Assembly: GCA_963845535.1 (NCBI GenBank)
Contig: CAWJSK010000004.1
Location: forward strand, 160,001-224,000
DNA: 64,000 nt
Direction of reading: 5' to 3'
Source of the DNA: an uncultured Spirochaetota bacterium
GTDB taxonomy: Bacteria; Spirochaetota; Spirochaetia; SZUA-6; Fen-1364
In this document: positions 38,516 to 48,955 of the stretch, in pieces
How the letters are laid out: each line of letters opens with the position of its first letter
How positions within the stretch are numbered: the first letter of the stretch is position 1
Notes under the pieces: model-generated
What the model saw: only the letters and a program-made list of their open reading frames with translations
Databases searched by the model: none
What the model was told of the DNA's origin: nothing
Program-made: the position numbers and the translations under genes

Positions 38516-39625
38516 ATGATGAAGTTCACCTGCTCGAGAGACGATATCCTCAAAGAGATTTCCGTAGCCCAGGAAGTCATTTCCTCGAAGAACTCCCTTT
38601 CGGTGCTTTCCAACGTGCTGCTTACGGTCACCAAGGGCGAGCTCAGCCTGCAGGCAACGGACTTGAAGGTCGGCTTTCAGACCTCGCTCCCCGTTGAGAC
38701 TGTCCAGGAAGGCACCACCACGGCTTTCTGCGACAAGCTCCAGGGCATCCTCCGTTCGCTGCCGGAAGGCGAAGTGGAGCTGGAACAGGTGGATGCCACC
38801 ATGCTGAGAATCAAGCCGACCTCGCGAAAGATCGACTTCCAGCTTCGGTGCATTCCTTCGGACAAGTATCCTGAGCTGGCGCGCGTGGCGGACAACCAGT
38901 ACTTCGAGTTCCCGCAAAAGGACTTCATCGACATGGTCGCAAAGACCGTCTTTGCCGTCTCTGATGACGAGACCCGGTATTTCATGAACGGGATCTTCCT
39001 GGAAAAGCGGGACGAAAACCTCGTCATGGTGGCCACCGACGGCCGACGGCTTGCATTCATCTCTCGAAAAATCCCGGTTCGCATGGAAAACATGAAAGGG
39101 ATCATCCTGCCGCCGAAGATCCTCACCATCGTGCGAAAGCTCTCCTCGGGAGAGGGGTCCCTTTCCCTTGCGCTCACGGACAAGAATGTGTTCGTGCGCA
39201 TCGGGGCCACCAACCTGTCCTCGAACCTCATTGACGGTCAGTTCCCCGATTATCGCCGGGTCATACCGGACGCCCAGAAGTACCGCGCCGTTGTGGATCG
39301 CCGGCCGCTGGAGGACGCCCTTCGCCGCGTCTCGCTCCTCGTAGAGCAGAAGTCCCGCAAAGTCGTCTTCTCCCTTGCCAGCGGGACACTCACTATCCTG
39401 TCCAAGGAAAGCGAGCTCGGGATAGCCTCCGAAGAGTTGTCCTGCGATTACGAAGGCCCCGAGATGCAACTGGCGGTCAACTGCCTCTACATGATGGAGC
39501 CTCTGCGCGAGCTTGCCTGTGACAAGGTGACCCTGGAGTTCAGCGACGTGAACAAGGCTATTACGCTGAAGCCCCTTCCGGAGGACGGCTACCTGAACAT
39601 CATCATGCCCATGCAGTTGGACTAG
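38516..39625 (+). CDS. dnaN: DNA polymerase III beta clamp
   Basis: ATDL, DETRYFMNG, VATDGRRLA, LIDGQFPDY, IIMPM. Confidence 0.97.
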   Translation: MMKFTCSRDDILKEISVAQEVISSKNSLSVLSNVLLTVTKGELSLQATDLKVGFQTSLPVETVQEGTTTAFCDKLQGILRSLPEGEVELEQVDATMLRIKPTSRKIDFQLRCIPSDKYPELARVADNQYFEFPQKDFIDMVAKTVFAVSDDETRYFMNGIFLEKRDENLVMVATDGRRLAFISRKIPVRMENMKGIILPPKILTIVRKLSSGEGSLSLALTDKNVFVRIGATNLSSNLIDGQFPDYRRVIPDAQKYRAVVDRRPLEDALRRVSLLVEQKSRKVVFSLASGTLTILSKESELGIASEELSCDYEGPEMQLAVNCLYMMEPLRELACDKVTLEFSDVNKAITLKPLPEDGYLNIIMPMQLD

Positions 39626-39672
39626 CCCGTCGGGGTCTGTCCAAGACGTGCCGTCGCCCTACGGGTTCACCC

Positions 39673-40755
39673 ATGGGATTTGAGAGGTTGAGGTTCTTCA
39701 ACTTCAGGAACCTGAGGGACGCAGAGGTCGAGCTGGGCGCCCCGGAAATCCATCTTGTCGGGGGCAACGGTCAGGGAAAGACGAACCTCATCGAAGCGGT
39801 GCATCTGCTCTGCCTGGGTTCTTCCTTTCGAGAGAAACGGGAAGCAGCGTTCCTTCGAAACCCCGATGAGCAAATGGGTCTTCATGGCCGCTACCGCTCC
39901 GCCGAAACTGGGGAGATGACTTTCTCCCTCCTTTCGTCTCCCGAGAAAAAGAAAGAGCTTCGGATAAACGAAAAGCAGATTCTCGATCGGCGCGACCTTC
40001 TTTCCGCGGTGCTTTGCGTGTCGTTTGTCCAGCAGGATATGGGGTTCATTTCCGGCCCTCCGGAAGAGCGCCGGAGATTCTTCGACCAGACCCTTTCGTT
40101 CTACGACTTCTCTTTCCTCGACTCGCTGCGCGGCTACCGCCAGGTGCTTTCCGCGCGCAACTTCTGCCTGAAAAGCCGCCAGAGCGAGCTTCTGGATCCT
40201 TATGACGAGCAGTTGGCCTCCTTTGGCCTCGAGCTTCAGCGCGCGCGTGAGACTCTTGTGCGCTCGTTCAACGAGGTCTTCTGCCCGCTCTTTCAGGAAA
40301 TCACTGCAGAGGATCCCGGCGTGGAGATCCGCTATGTTCCCTCGTGGCAGCATCTGAGGACCAAAGAAGAGGTGGTTGCACATCTTGGGGCATCCCGTGG
40401 CAGGGACCTTGCACTCGGGGCCACCTCGAGCGGTCCTCACCGGGACGTCTTCTCGTTCGTCCTTGCCGGCCGCGACTATTCCCATTTCGGCTCCACGGGG
40501 CAGCTTCGGTTGTGCGCCCTGGCGCTAAGAACCGCGCAGGCGCGATTCCTGACGTTGCAGAGCGGCCGTCGGCCCGTGCTCCTTCTGGATGACGTGCTTC
40601 TTGAGCTCGACCGGGGAAAAAAGAACGCGTTTGTGGCCCGTTTCCCTGCTTACGATCAGGCTTTCTTTACGTTTCTCCCCGAAGAGGCGCACGCTTCGTA
40701 TGCAACCTCCGACACCCTGGTCCTGAACGTTCAAGACGGGGAGTTCCACAGGTGA
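39673..40755 (+). CDS. recF: DNA replication/repair protein RecF
   Basis: NFRN, GGNGQGKTNLIEA, RRRFFD, GPHRD, STGQ, LLLDDVLLELD. Confidence 0.95.
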   Translation: MGFERLRFFNFRNLRDAEVELGAPEIHLVGGNGQGKTNLIEAVHLLCLGSSFREKREAAFLRNPDEQMGLHGRYRSAETGEMTFSLLSSPEKKKELRINEKQILDRRDLLSAVLCVSFVQQDMGFISGPPEERRRFFDQTLSFYDFSFLDSLRGYRQVLSARNFCLKSRQSELLDPYDEQLASFGLELQRARETLVRSFNEVFCPLFQEITAEDPGVEIRYVPSWQHLRTKEEVVAHLGASRGRDLALGATSSGPHRDVFSFVLAGRDYSHFGSTGQLRLCALALRTAQARFLTLQSGRRPVLLLDDVLLELDRGKKNAFVARFPAYDQAFFTFLPEEAHASYATSDTLVLNVQDGEFHR

Positions 40756-41045
40756 GAAAAGTCGGCGACATTCTCAAGGACTACCTGCGCGAAAGGGGAT
40801 GGCTCACGAGCAATCCCTACGCTCCTCTGTTCGCGGGGTGGAACGAGGTGGCGGGGAGCAGCATCGCGGCCCACACGCGCCTGGTCGACGTGCATGCGGG
40901 CGTCATGATCGTGGAGGCGGATCACCCCGGGTGGCTGCAGATGGCGCGAATGCGAAAGGAGGCGCTCCTTTCGGCGGCGCGCGCCGTCGCCCCGGAGGCC
41001 CGGATCACGGATATCAGGTTCCTCCTTGGCGTCCGAGAGGGGTAG
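40752..41045 (+). CDS. DUF721/DciA family protein
   Basis: W.EVAG..IAAHT, HPGWLQ; directly downstream of recF. Confidence 0.8.
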   Translation: MRKVGDILKDYLRERGWLTSNPYAPLFAGWNEVAGSSIAAHTRLVDVHAGVMIVEADHPGWLQMARMRKEALLSAARAVAPEARITDIRFLLGVREG

Positions 41046-41135
41046 GAGAGCCGCCAGACAGCGCCCGACACGCTCCTCCGTGGGCCAGATCGGTCCTGGT
41101 CGGTCCCCGGTATGTCCTGTGTGTCCTTGCCGCCA

Positions 41136-41164
41136 TTGACACAAAGGAGCGTGCATCCTATATT
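41136..41164 (+). promoter_or_regulatory. Sigma70 promoter of the rpmH operon
   Basis: TTGACA-17 nt-TATATT. Confidence 0.75.
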
Positions 41165-41225
41165 CATCGGGATATACCCATGAGAAAACCCCTGGTCGTC
41201 AGGTTAATCAAGGAGCATTCGTCGT

Positions 41226-41381
41226 ATGAAACGGACCTACCAGCCCAGCAAGACCAAGAGAACGAGAAAGTTCGGTTTTCGGGCGCGCATGGCCACAAAG
41301 GGCGGGCGGCTCGTGCTGAAGCGCCGGCGTGCAAAGGGACGCATCAAGCTTTCCGCTTCAGATGAGAAGAAGCCTTACTAG
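41226..41381 (+). CDS. rpmH: 50S ribosomal protein L34 (absent from the ORF track)
   Basis: [57 protein letters not shown] ribosome-binding site. Confidence 0.97.
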   Translation: MKRTYQPSKTKRTRKFGFRARMATKGGRLVLKRRRAKGRIKLSASDEKKPY

Positions 41382-41712
41382 GGGAGAACGACTCCGCGCC
41401 GGCTCGGACATCACGAGGCTTTTCAGAACAGGACAAAGGGTGGATGTCGGCGGCCTGAAGCTCCTCCATGACGGCAACGGCACGTCGACCAATCGGATGG
41501 CTGTCGTAGTTGCCCGCGGGTGCGGCGGCGCGGTGAGGAGAAACAGGGAGAAGAGAATCACGCGGGAAGCGTACCGCTTGCTGAAGGAACGCGTTCCCCC
41601 AGGGCATGACCTCCTGTTTTTCGTCGGCAGGTTCGGTTGTTCCTTCGCCCAAAGGCGCTCGCACATGATGAAGCTGCTGCTCCGGGCAGGATTCCATGAC
41701 CATGCGGTTTAG
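41362..41712 (+). CDS. rnpA: Ribonuclease P protein component
   Basis: [15 protein letters not shown] (RNR motif); synteny with rpmH. Confidence 0.9.
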   Translation: MRRSLTRGERLRAGSDITRLFRTGQRVDVGGLKLLHDGNGTSTNRMAVVVARGCGGAVRRNREKRITREAYRLLKERVPPGHDLLFFVGRFGCSFAQRRSHMMKLLLRAGFHDHAV

Positions 41713-41929
41713 AAGAATCGGGACGTGGGTCGCTTCTGCGCTCATTACCGGCTACCAACACCTCATCTCTCCCCTTTTCCCTTCAAGCTGCCGCTATGTG
41801 CCCTCCTGCTCCCAGTACACGAAAGAAGCCATCCTGAAATACGGTGTGATCAAAGGGTCGTACCTGGGAGCCCGACGGATACTTCGTTGCCATCCGTTTC
41901 ACGACGGAGGATATGACCCTGTTCCCTGA
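41696..41929 (+). CDS. yidD: Membrane protein insertion efficiency factor
   Basis: [33 protein letters not shown]. Confidence 0.95.
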   Translation: MTMRFRRIGTWVASALITGYQHLISPLFPSSCRYVPSCSQYTKEAILKYGVIKGSYLGARRILRCHPFHDGGYDPVP

Positions 41930-41949
41930 ACAAAAGGAAATACGCAAGC

Positions 41950-43855
41950 ATGGATAAGAGAACTCTCCTGGCTGTCGTGCTCTCCGTGGTGATCATCGTT
42001 GGGGGCATGATTCTTCAGTCCGTCCTGGCTCCCCCCAAGCCGGCAGCGAAGCAAACCGCGCAGAAACCCGCGGCTACCCTGCAGGCGTCACCGCAGCAGG
42101 GCCAGCAGCCCCAGCCCGCGGCAGTCACCGCGCAGCCGGCGCAGCAGGCGGCTCCGGCAGTTGCCAGCACGCAGACGGCTCTCAGGGCTCCCGCGGCCCC
42201 GGGGGCTCAAACCGCTATTGCCATGGGCAAGGTCGTGGAGACCGCGGAGTCCGCTCCGCCCGCTTCCCAGCCGGCGACTATCCAGAGGGACACGGACCTT
42301 TACAGCCTGACCTTTGAGACCGCCGGGGCCACTTTGTCTTCGGTAAGATTGCGCAAGTACAAAAACCTCGACGGGTCTCCCGTGGACATGCTTCTCCTGC
42401 CAAAAACCATGACTCCGGGGGAATTGCCTTTTGCCCTGGCGTTCGGGGATTACAAGTCCGAAGAGCTCACTGTTCCGTTTACCCTGCGTGAGACGACGGA
42501 TTCAGGCAAATCCACGTTCGATTTCAGCCGCACTTTCTATTCTCCCAAGGGCATACCGTTCACACTTCACAAGACTTACTCTTTTTACAAGGACGAATAC
42601 CTGTTCCAACTGCAGATCACAATCGAGAACAGCGTGAACGATTTCCCAGCCCTGGATTTCGGCGGGTTTGCCTACACGCTGAACTTCGGTCCCCAGATCG
42701 GACCGCACTACGCAAAGCTGGACGGCCGAAACGATTTCCGCAAGTACGCATACTGGGCTGACAGCAAGCGCTCAGACCCGGGAGTCGGCATGGGAGCCCT
42801 CAAAGAGGTGGACAAGACCGTCACCTGGGCCGGCATCGAGGGGAAATACTTCACCGGGCATTGCTGTGCCTGACGGCTCGGTCAGCCATCTTGTGTTCGA
42901 CTCCCGCAGGCTCGTGGAAGGCTACGACCGCTCCGTCATCAGCTTCGAGCGGCCAACGCTGAAGAGCGCGAAGGCCACCGACACCTACCGGTTCTACATG
43001 GGGCCCATGAAGAAGGAGGTGCTTGCCCGATACAACGACGCGGACAAGAACCGCTTCGAAATCGCAGGCCTTCACGCGGATGAGATGGTGACCTCATCCA
43101 TCCTGATCGGGTGGCTTGCGCAGCTCCTGAAGTACCTCCTGGACTTCTTCTACCTCATCATCCCCAACTACGGGGTCGCAATCATACTGCTCACCATCCT
43201 CATCAAAGTCGTCTTCCTTCCCTTGACGTTCAAGAGCTCGGAGTCGACTGCCAAGATGGCCGCGCTCAATCCCAGGATCCAGGAGATCAGGACCCGGCTC
43301 AAGGCCAAGCCTGACAAGATGAACCAGGAAATCGCGGAGCTTTACCGAAGGGAAAAGATCAACCCCCTGTCCGGGTGTCTGCCTCTGCTCCTGCAGATCC
43401 CGGTTTTCTTCGCGCTCTATAACCTTCTGAACAGCTACTTCGAGCTTCGCGGCGCCATGTTCATTCCCGGCTGGATCCCCGACCTTTCCGCTCCCGAAGC
43501 CGTGCTGAACTTCCCGTTCGCCATCCCCCTTCTGGGATGGACGGCGCTGCGCGCCCTGCCTCTTCTCATGGTGGCAAGCCAGCTCCTCCAGGGCAAGTTC
43601 ACGCAGCCGGCGGACCAGTCGCAGGCGGGCAACCAGATGAAGCTCATGACGTACGCGCTTCCAATCGTTTTCCTCTTCATCCTCTACGACATGCCGTCAG
43701 GGCTCGTGCTGTACTGGACGGTGCAGAACGTCCTGTCCATCTTCCAGCAGCTTTACATCAACTCGCTGAAACGCAAGCGGGACGAGCTGGCTGCGGCCTC
43801 GACTCCTGTCGTTTTCAAATCCGGCTCCAAGCCAGGCATGAAGGTGAAGAGGTGA
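41950..43855 (+). CDS. yidC: Membrane protein insertase YidC; one +1 frameshift near 42857
   Basis: MDKRTLLA N-terminal TM, KYF, NYGVAIILLT, NPLSGCLP.LLQIP, WIPDLS.P, PSGLVLYW; removing one G gives KYFTGIAVPDG. Confidence 0.92.
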
Positions 43856-43874
43856 GAGAGCGAAGGAGACTGCC

Positions 43875-44567
43875 ATGGTAGTGAAGGAGTTCGAAGGCAA
43901 GAACGAAAAAGAGGCCATCGACAGGGCCATTGAAGAGCTGGGCCTCGACAGGAACGAGATCGATTTCGAGATCGTGGAGGCAAAGCGCCCCGGCATCCTT
44001 TTCCGCGGGGGCAAGGTGAAGATCCGCGTTCACATGACCGAGGAAACCGACGGACCTGAGGAGGAAGAGGCGGCTCATGAAGGCCCCTCCATCCCGCAGG
44101 GTGAGTTCGAGCAAAAGATCATCGAGTACACGCGCGGGCTTCTTTCCCGCATGGGCTTCCCCGCTGAGATCACGGTGAACTTCCGCGAGCACAAGCGGCT
44201 CGGCCTGGACATCGAGAGCGACGGTTCGGGGATCCTCATCGGGAAGCAGGGCAAGACGCTGGAGGCCCTCCAGTTCATTGTCAACCTGGCCGGGGGGCGC
44301 ATGGGCGGGGACTCCACCCGCATTGTCCTGGATACGCAGGACTACCGCAGCCGCCGGGAGCGCAGCCTCATCCGGATGGCCAACCAGGTTGCCGAGCAGG
44401 TGCGGAGAGGCCGCGACTCGCAGTTGCTGGAGCCGCTGAATCCCTTCGAGCGGCGGCTGATCCATACGTCGCTTGCCCGCTACGGGGACATCGAGACCAT
44501 CAGCGAAGGGGACGGGCTGTACAAGAGGATCCGCGTGATCTGGCGCGGGGATGTAAGCCGGGAGTAG
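43875..44567 (+). CDS. jag: Jag/EloR/KhpB RNA-binding protein
   Basis: Jag_N domain, KH LIGKQGKTLEALQ, R3H ERRLIH. Confidence 0.93.
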   Translation: MVVKEFEGKNEKEAIDRAIEELGLDRNEIDFEIVEAKRPGILFRGGKVKIRVHMTEETDGPEEEEAAHEGPSIPQGEFEQKIIEYTRGLLSRMGFPAEITVNFREHKRLGLDIESDGSGILIGKQGKTLEALQFIVNLAGGRMGGDSTRIVLDTQDYRSRRERSLIRMANQVAEQVRRGRDSQLLEPLNPFERRLIHTSLARYGDIETISEGDGLYKRIRVIWRGDVSRE

Positions 44568-44573
44568 ATCACC

Positions 44574-44819
44574 ATGCCGATTTACGAATACGAATGCAGG
44601 GAGTGCAGGACCTCGTTCGAGCTCCTCATGCGCTCGGACACCACGATGGCCTGCCCTTCCTGTGAAAGCACGAAGATCGTGAGAAAGCTCAGCTTGTTCG
44701 CCGCCCACGTGGGGCATACCGCGCACGAGCACGGAGATGCTGCCCTTCCCTCCTGCGCCACGGGCGAGTGCGGGTGTGATCAGGGCAGGTGCGGCTCCGG
44801 CCTCTGCGGGATGCAGTAG
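44574..44819 (+). CDS. FmdB-family zinc-ribbon protein
   Basis: MPIYEYECREC...FE, CPSC.S, Cys-rich tail. Confidence 0.88.
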   Translation: MPIYEYECRECRTSFELLMRSDTTMACPSCESTKIVRKLSLFAAHVGHTAHEHGDAALPSCATGECGCDQGRCGSGLCGMQ

Positions 44820-44981
44820 GCCGCGGGGGTCGTTGGCCTCCTCCATATCTAGACCCGCTTGATCGGTACGCATCGGAGTACCTCCGCATTTCTGGGCCGG
44901 CCACCTCGTCATCACCGTCATTCTGCTCGTGATCGGTACTCTCCTGCTCCAAAAGAGCCGAAAAGGTGGTTAAGGGGAAGA

Positions 44982-45779
44982 ATGGACAAGACCGGGACGG
45001 CGGTCTGGGACAGGATAGAAATCTCTGTGAGGCAATGCGTAGCGTGGCGGTTCCCGGCGCGGAGCATCTGGGTGGAGCGGGTCGACAACGAGTGGCACGT
45101 GCTCTCCCTCTCCCCGCAGGGATGGCGAGGAGGCATACGGCGGGAGCCGGTTGCCAGGTCGCAGAAGCCTGAGTCCTCCCTCTGGAGGCATTACCTTCAC
45201 AAAGAGATCGGACCCGTGCAACCCATTCCGATCCTGCCGGACAAGCCAATAGTCGTGCGTCCCGACAGGGCTCTGACGCTCCTTCCCGGGCAGGCAGCGC
45301 TGTTCTTCCTCCAGATTCCCGTATGGTTTCGCCTGTGCACCACGGTGCCGCGGCGGCTCAAGATTTTCGAAGAGGCGATCGTGGTCCTCACCAAGACATG
45401 GTTCGGAGACCCGATCACCGGTGAGCTGTGTTACGGCCTTGCGACCCGGCTTCACCAGGGGATCGATTCCGTGGACCCTTCCGCCTACCTTGCCGTGTGC
45501 CCGCTTTCCATCACGAACGACTCCGACACCGACCTCGCTTTCGAAAAGATCTGTCTCCACGTGGAGAACCTGAGCGTCTTCCGCAGCCCGCGGAGGCTGT
45601 GGACCAACCGGCTGAACGTGGTGTTTCGCGGCCCTGATCAGGGCACGCAGATCGAGATCAATCGGGACGCGCCCGGCTTCGAAAAAGGGCTGGCCCTGTT
45701 CGCGGAGGCGCGCCAGCCGGCGGCGGGCTGGAACATCAGAAAGACGTTCGGGATCCTGAAGTCTTTTGCCGACTTTTGA
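44982..45779 (+). CDS. DUF432-like protein
   Basis: LPDKPIVVRP, TWFGDP..GELCY; adjacent to an MscS gene. Confidence 0.65.
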   Translation: MDKTGTAVWDRIEISVRQCVAWRFPARSIWVERVDNEWHVLSLSPQGWRGGIRREPVARSQKPESSLWRHYLHKEIGPVQPIPILPDKPIVVRPDRALTLLPGQAALFFLQIPVWFRLCTTVPRRLKIFEEAIVVLTKTWFGDPITGELCYGLATRLHQGIDSVDPSAYLAVCPLSITNDSDTDLAFEKICLHVENLSVFRSPRRLWTNRLNVVFRGPDQGTQIEINRDAPGFEKGLALFAEARQPAAGWNIRKTFGILKSFADF

Positions 45780-45791
45780 GGAGCGAAGAGC

Positions 45792-46616
45792 ATGTTCATC
45801 ATCCACCAGATCGGCGCGTGGCTCTCCTCCCTCTCCCCCGACATCCTTTCCAAGGGGCTGCGCATCGCGGTGACCCTCGTGCTGGGGCTCCTGCTCATAC
45901 GCATCCTGGCCGTAGTGACCCAGCGCTACATCATGCGCAAGTCCACCGCGCAGCGCCAGATGATTGCCCGCAAGGTCATCAGCTACACGGGATTCGTGCT
46001 CGTTGTGCTCGCGGTGCTGGGCGAGCTTGGTGTGAAGCTGACCGCGCTCCTGGGGGCCGCGGGGATTGTCGGAATTGCGGTGGGATTTGCCTCTCAGACG
46101 AGCGTATCCAACATCATCAGCGGTCTTTTCCTCATTTCGGAAAAGCCCTTTACCGTGGGGGACGTGATCCGCATAGGCACCACCACGGGGATCATCCAGT
46201 CCGTCGACCTTCTTTCGATCAAGATCCGCACGTTCGATAACCTGTTCGTGCGCATCCCTAATGAGAAGATCCTCAGCTCGGAAGTCACCAATATCACGCG
46301 TTTTCCCATCCGCCGGATGGACATCCTCTTCCAGGTAGCGTACGGACAGGACCTCGACCGCGTCCACGAGGCGCTGTCCGAGATTGCGCGGGCAAACCCC
46401 TGGAGCCTCGACGAGCCTCAGCCGGTCATCATTTTCAACGACTTCAAGGAATCCGGGGTCGAGGTGCTGTTCGGACTGTGGTTCAGCCAGTCGGATTTCC
46501 TCGACCTGAAGAACTCGATCATGAAGGGAATCACGGCCCAGTTCGCCGCCCAGGAGATCCGTTTTGCCTCCCCCAACCGGGTCATCAGGGTCGTGGAAGG
46601 AAGCCTCAGCGCCTGA
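45792..46616 (+). CDS. Small-conductance mechanosensitive channel (MscS family)
   Basis: GAAGIVGIAVGFASQ..SNIISG, KPF.VGD.I, RIPN. Confidence 0.92.
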   Translation: MFIIHQIGAWLSSLSPDILSKGLRIAVTLVLGLLLIRILAVVTQRYIMRKSTAQRQMIARKVISYTGFVLVVLAVLGELGVKLTALLGAAGIVGIAVGFASQTSVSNIISGLFLISEKPFTVGDVIRIGTTTGIIQSVDLLSIKIRTFDNLFVRIPNEKILSSEVTNITRFPIRRMDILFQVAYGQDLDRVHEALSEIARANPWSLDEPQPVIIFNDFKESGVEVLFGLWFSQSDFLDLKNSIMKGITAQFAAQEIRFASPNRVIRVVEGSLSA

Positions 46617-47883
46617 TGATCTGTTCCCTGCGCGGTCCCACCGAAATCCACCGGATGGGCGTTCGGATCTTCTCCTCCACGAACAGGACGTAGTCCCGCG
46701 CGTTTGCCGGAAGCTCATCGAAGGAGCGCATGGCGCCGATGTCCGTCTTCCAGCCGGGGAAGACCTCGTACACGGCTTCGGCGCCGTCCAGGAGCCGGGA
46801 GACCGGAAACTTCGTCGTGGTCTCACCTGCAATCCGGTAGCCCGTGCAGACGGGGATTGCATCCCGATACCCCAACACGTCGAGATTCGTGATGGCGGCC
46901 TCTGTTGCCCCTTGCACCCTGCATCCATAGGAGGTCGCTACGCAGTCGAACCAGCCGACCCTCCGCGGGCGGCCCGTGGTGGCGCCGTACTCCCCGGCGT
47001 CCCCGCCTCGCTTGCGCAGCGCTTCTCCCTCCTCCCCATGCAGCTCGGTGACGAAAGGTCCCGCGCCCACGCAACTGGAGTATGCCTTTGTCACGGCAAC
47101 CACACGGGAGATCGACCAGGGCGGGACGCCCGCTCCCACGGCTGCAAACCCGGCGAGCGGCGAGGAGGAAGTGGGATAGGGATAGATCCCGTGGTCAGGG
47201 TCGCGCAGCGTGCCCAACTGGCCTTCCACAAGCACCGTTTTCCCCGCCTCCACGGCGTCCAGGAGCAGCATGGTTGTGTCGGTGACAAAAGGCGCAAGCC
47301 TGTCGCGAAGCTGGATGAGCTGGGCAACGGTTTCGTCCACGGACAGGGGGGGCTTTCCGTAGAGCTTCTCAAGAAGAACGTTGCGGGAGACCAGGGCTTT
47401 GGCGAGCCTGGCCTTGACGATAGCCGTATCGAAAAGCTCGTTGACCTGAAGGCCGATCTTCAGGCACTTGTCCGCGTAGAACGGGGCGATCCCCGACTTC
47501 GTTGAGCCGAAGCTCTCCTTGCCCAGGCGCTCCTCCTCCAGCGTGTCGAAGAGGATGTGGTGCGGGAGCAGGACCTGCGCGCGCTCGGAGACGCGCACGT
47601 CCGGCCGCGGGACGCCGCGGCTTTGCAGCGCGTCGAACTCCGCCAGGAGCGCGGGGATATTGACCGCAACGCCCGGTCCCAGGACGTTGATCACGTTCGG
47701 GTAGAAGACCCCTGAGGGAAGCAGGTGGAGGGCGAACTTGCCGAACTCGTTGATGATCGTATGGCCAGCGTTGTTCCCGCCCTGGTAGCGCACGACGAAG
47801 CTTGCTTCGCGCGCAAGGTAGTCAGTGATCTTGCCTTTTCCTTCGTCACCCCAGTTCGCGCCGACAACGGCTGTTACGGGCAT
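46606..47883 (-). CDS. purA: Adenylosuccinate synthetase
   Basis: GANWGDEGKGK, GGNNAGHT, EYGATTGRPRRVGWFD, SVGP. Confidence 0.97.
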   Translation of the reverse strand: MPVTAVVGANWGDEGKGKITDYLAREASFVVRYQGGNNAGHTIINEFGKFALHLLPSGVFYPNVINVLGPGVAVNIPALLAEFDALQSRGVPRPDVRVSERAQVLLPHHILFDTLEEERLGKESFGSTKSGIAPFYADKCLKIGLQVNELFDTAIVKARLAKALVSRNVLLEKLYGKPPLSVDETVAQLIQLRDRLAPFVTDTTMLLLDAVEAGKTVLVEGQLGTLRDPDHGIYPYPTSSSPLAGFAAVGAGVPPWSISRVVAVTKAYSSCVGAGPFVTELHGEEGEALRKRGGDAGEYGATTGRPRRVGWFDCVATSYGCRVQGATEAAITNLDVLGYRDAIPVCTGYRIAGETTTKFPVSRLLDGAEAVYEVFPGWKTDIGAMRSFDELPANARDYVLFVEEKIRTPIRWISVGPRREQIIRR

Positions 47884-47968
47884 TCCTGCCTCCTTGTGTG
47901 CTGGCGAGCCATGGTACACGATAGCGCGGCGCAGGGAAAGCGCACTGCGTCCGGCGGCTGATCGGCGG

Positions 47969-48853
47969 CTACTGGGCGGTGGATGCGCCGGCGGGTCCGG
48001 CCGCCTGGCCCTGGGGGGCGGGAACTTGCGCCGGCGCAAGGGCTGGTGTCGCGGCGGGCTGGGCCGGCTGCATGGGCTGGGCCGGTTGCCCGGGCTGAGC
48101 CGCCTGAGCTGGTTGGGCCGGCTGGTCTTGCTGGGTCTGCTGCGCGGATTGGGTCGGCTGGGACGGCGGCGAATGCAGCGCATCCAGCGCGGCCTGAAGC
48201 TGAGGAAGGAAAATCGATCCCGGGTAGTCCTTGGCCCCCGAGGTGAGGAAAGCCTCCTGCTGCTTCGGGCTGCTGGACGCGGCGGCAAGCTGGAGGAGCA
48301 GAGCTGCCTGCACGTCGTCAGGGCGGGCGGAGACTCCCTCATTTCGCAAATAGACCTCTTTCAAGCCGCCTTTCTGCGTGGGGTCATTGAAGCTGACGTG
48401 GATGAACGGCAGCCCGGCAGAGTCGGAATGGATGCCGAGCACGGTCATCCGCGGGATGCTCACCGGGCTGGCCGCCGTGTTGCGCGGCACGCTGTAAATG
48501 ACTGCATCCGAGGTGGTGACCGCGAGGATGGCGTTCGACACGACGTAGTCTGCCCGGACCCAACCTTCGGTCCCCGTATCCTGACGCACTTTCAGGAGGT
48601 CTCTGTCTTTTCCATTCAACGCGACATGGCGCGCCTGGCCCAGGAGAACGAGCTTCTCCCCTATCTGGACGCTCCCTTTCCGCGTGAGGGAGGTCCCCGA
48701 GATTTCCCAGAGGCTGACATCAGGGACAAGGCAGAAGCCGCTTTTCGAGTCGGCGACCGCTGCGGCAGGCATCTGGGGAGTCTGGCTTTTCTGACAGGAA
48801 AGAAGGAGAAGAGCTGAGGCGATTGCCGAGGCCAAGAGCAAGGCGCGTCCCAT
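47969..48853 (-). CDS. Lipoprotein with an SH3-like region and a Gln/Pro/Ala low-complexity tail
   Basis: Lipobox LLSC; GTEGWVRADYV; QPAQPAQ repeats. Confidence 0.7.
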   Translation of the reverse strand: MGRALLLASAIASALLLLSCQKSQTPQMPAAAVADSKSGFCLVPDVSLWEISGTSLTRKGSVQIGEKLVLLGQARHVALNGKDRDLLKVRQDTGTEGWVRADYVVSNAILAVTTSDAVIYSVPRNTAASPVSIPRMTVLGIHSDSAGLPFIHVSFNDPTQKGGLKEVYLRNEGVSARPDDVQAALLLQLAAASSSPKQQEAFLTSGAKDYPGSIFLPQLQAALDALHSPPSQPTQSAQQTQQDQPAQPAQAAQPGQPAQPMQPAQPAATPALAPAQVPAPQGQAAGPAGASTAQ

Positions 48854-48955
48854 GGTCCACCTCCGATGCGCCGAGAGCCTGGGTGGACGCTACCCTTTGC
48901 GTCGGCTCGTGTCAAGGAAGCAGCAGTTCTCAGTAGTTCTCAGTCAAGCAAGGGC

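Noticed and set aside
44970..46928. 652-aa minus-strand ORF, and similar long shadow ORFs such as 32304-33848, 12232-13647, 25032-26270 and 60750-61967
   Set aside because: They overlap well-supported genes on the opposite strand, show no motifs, and are expected from high-GC codon bias.
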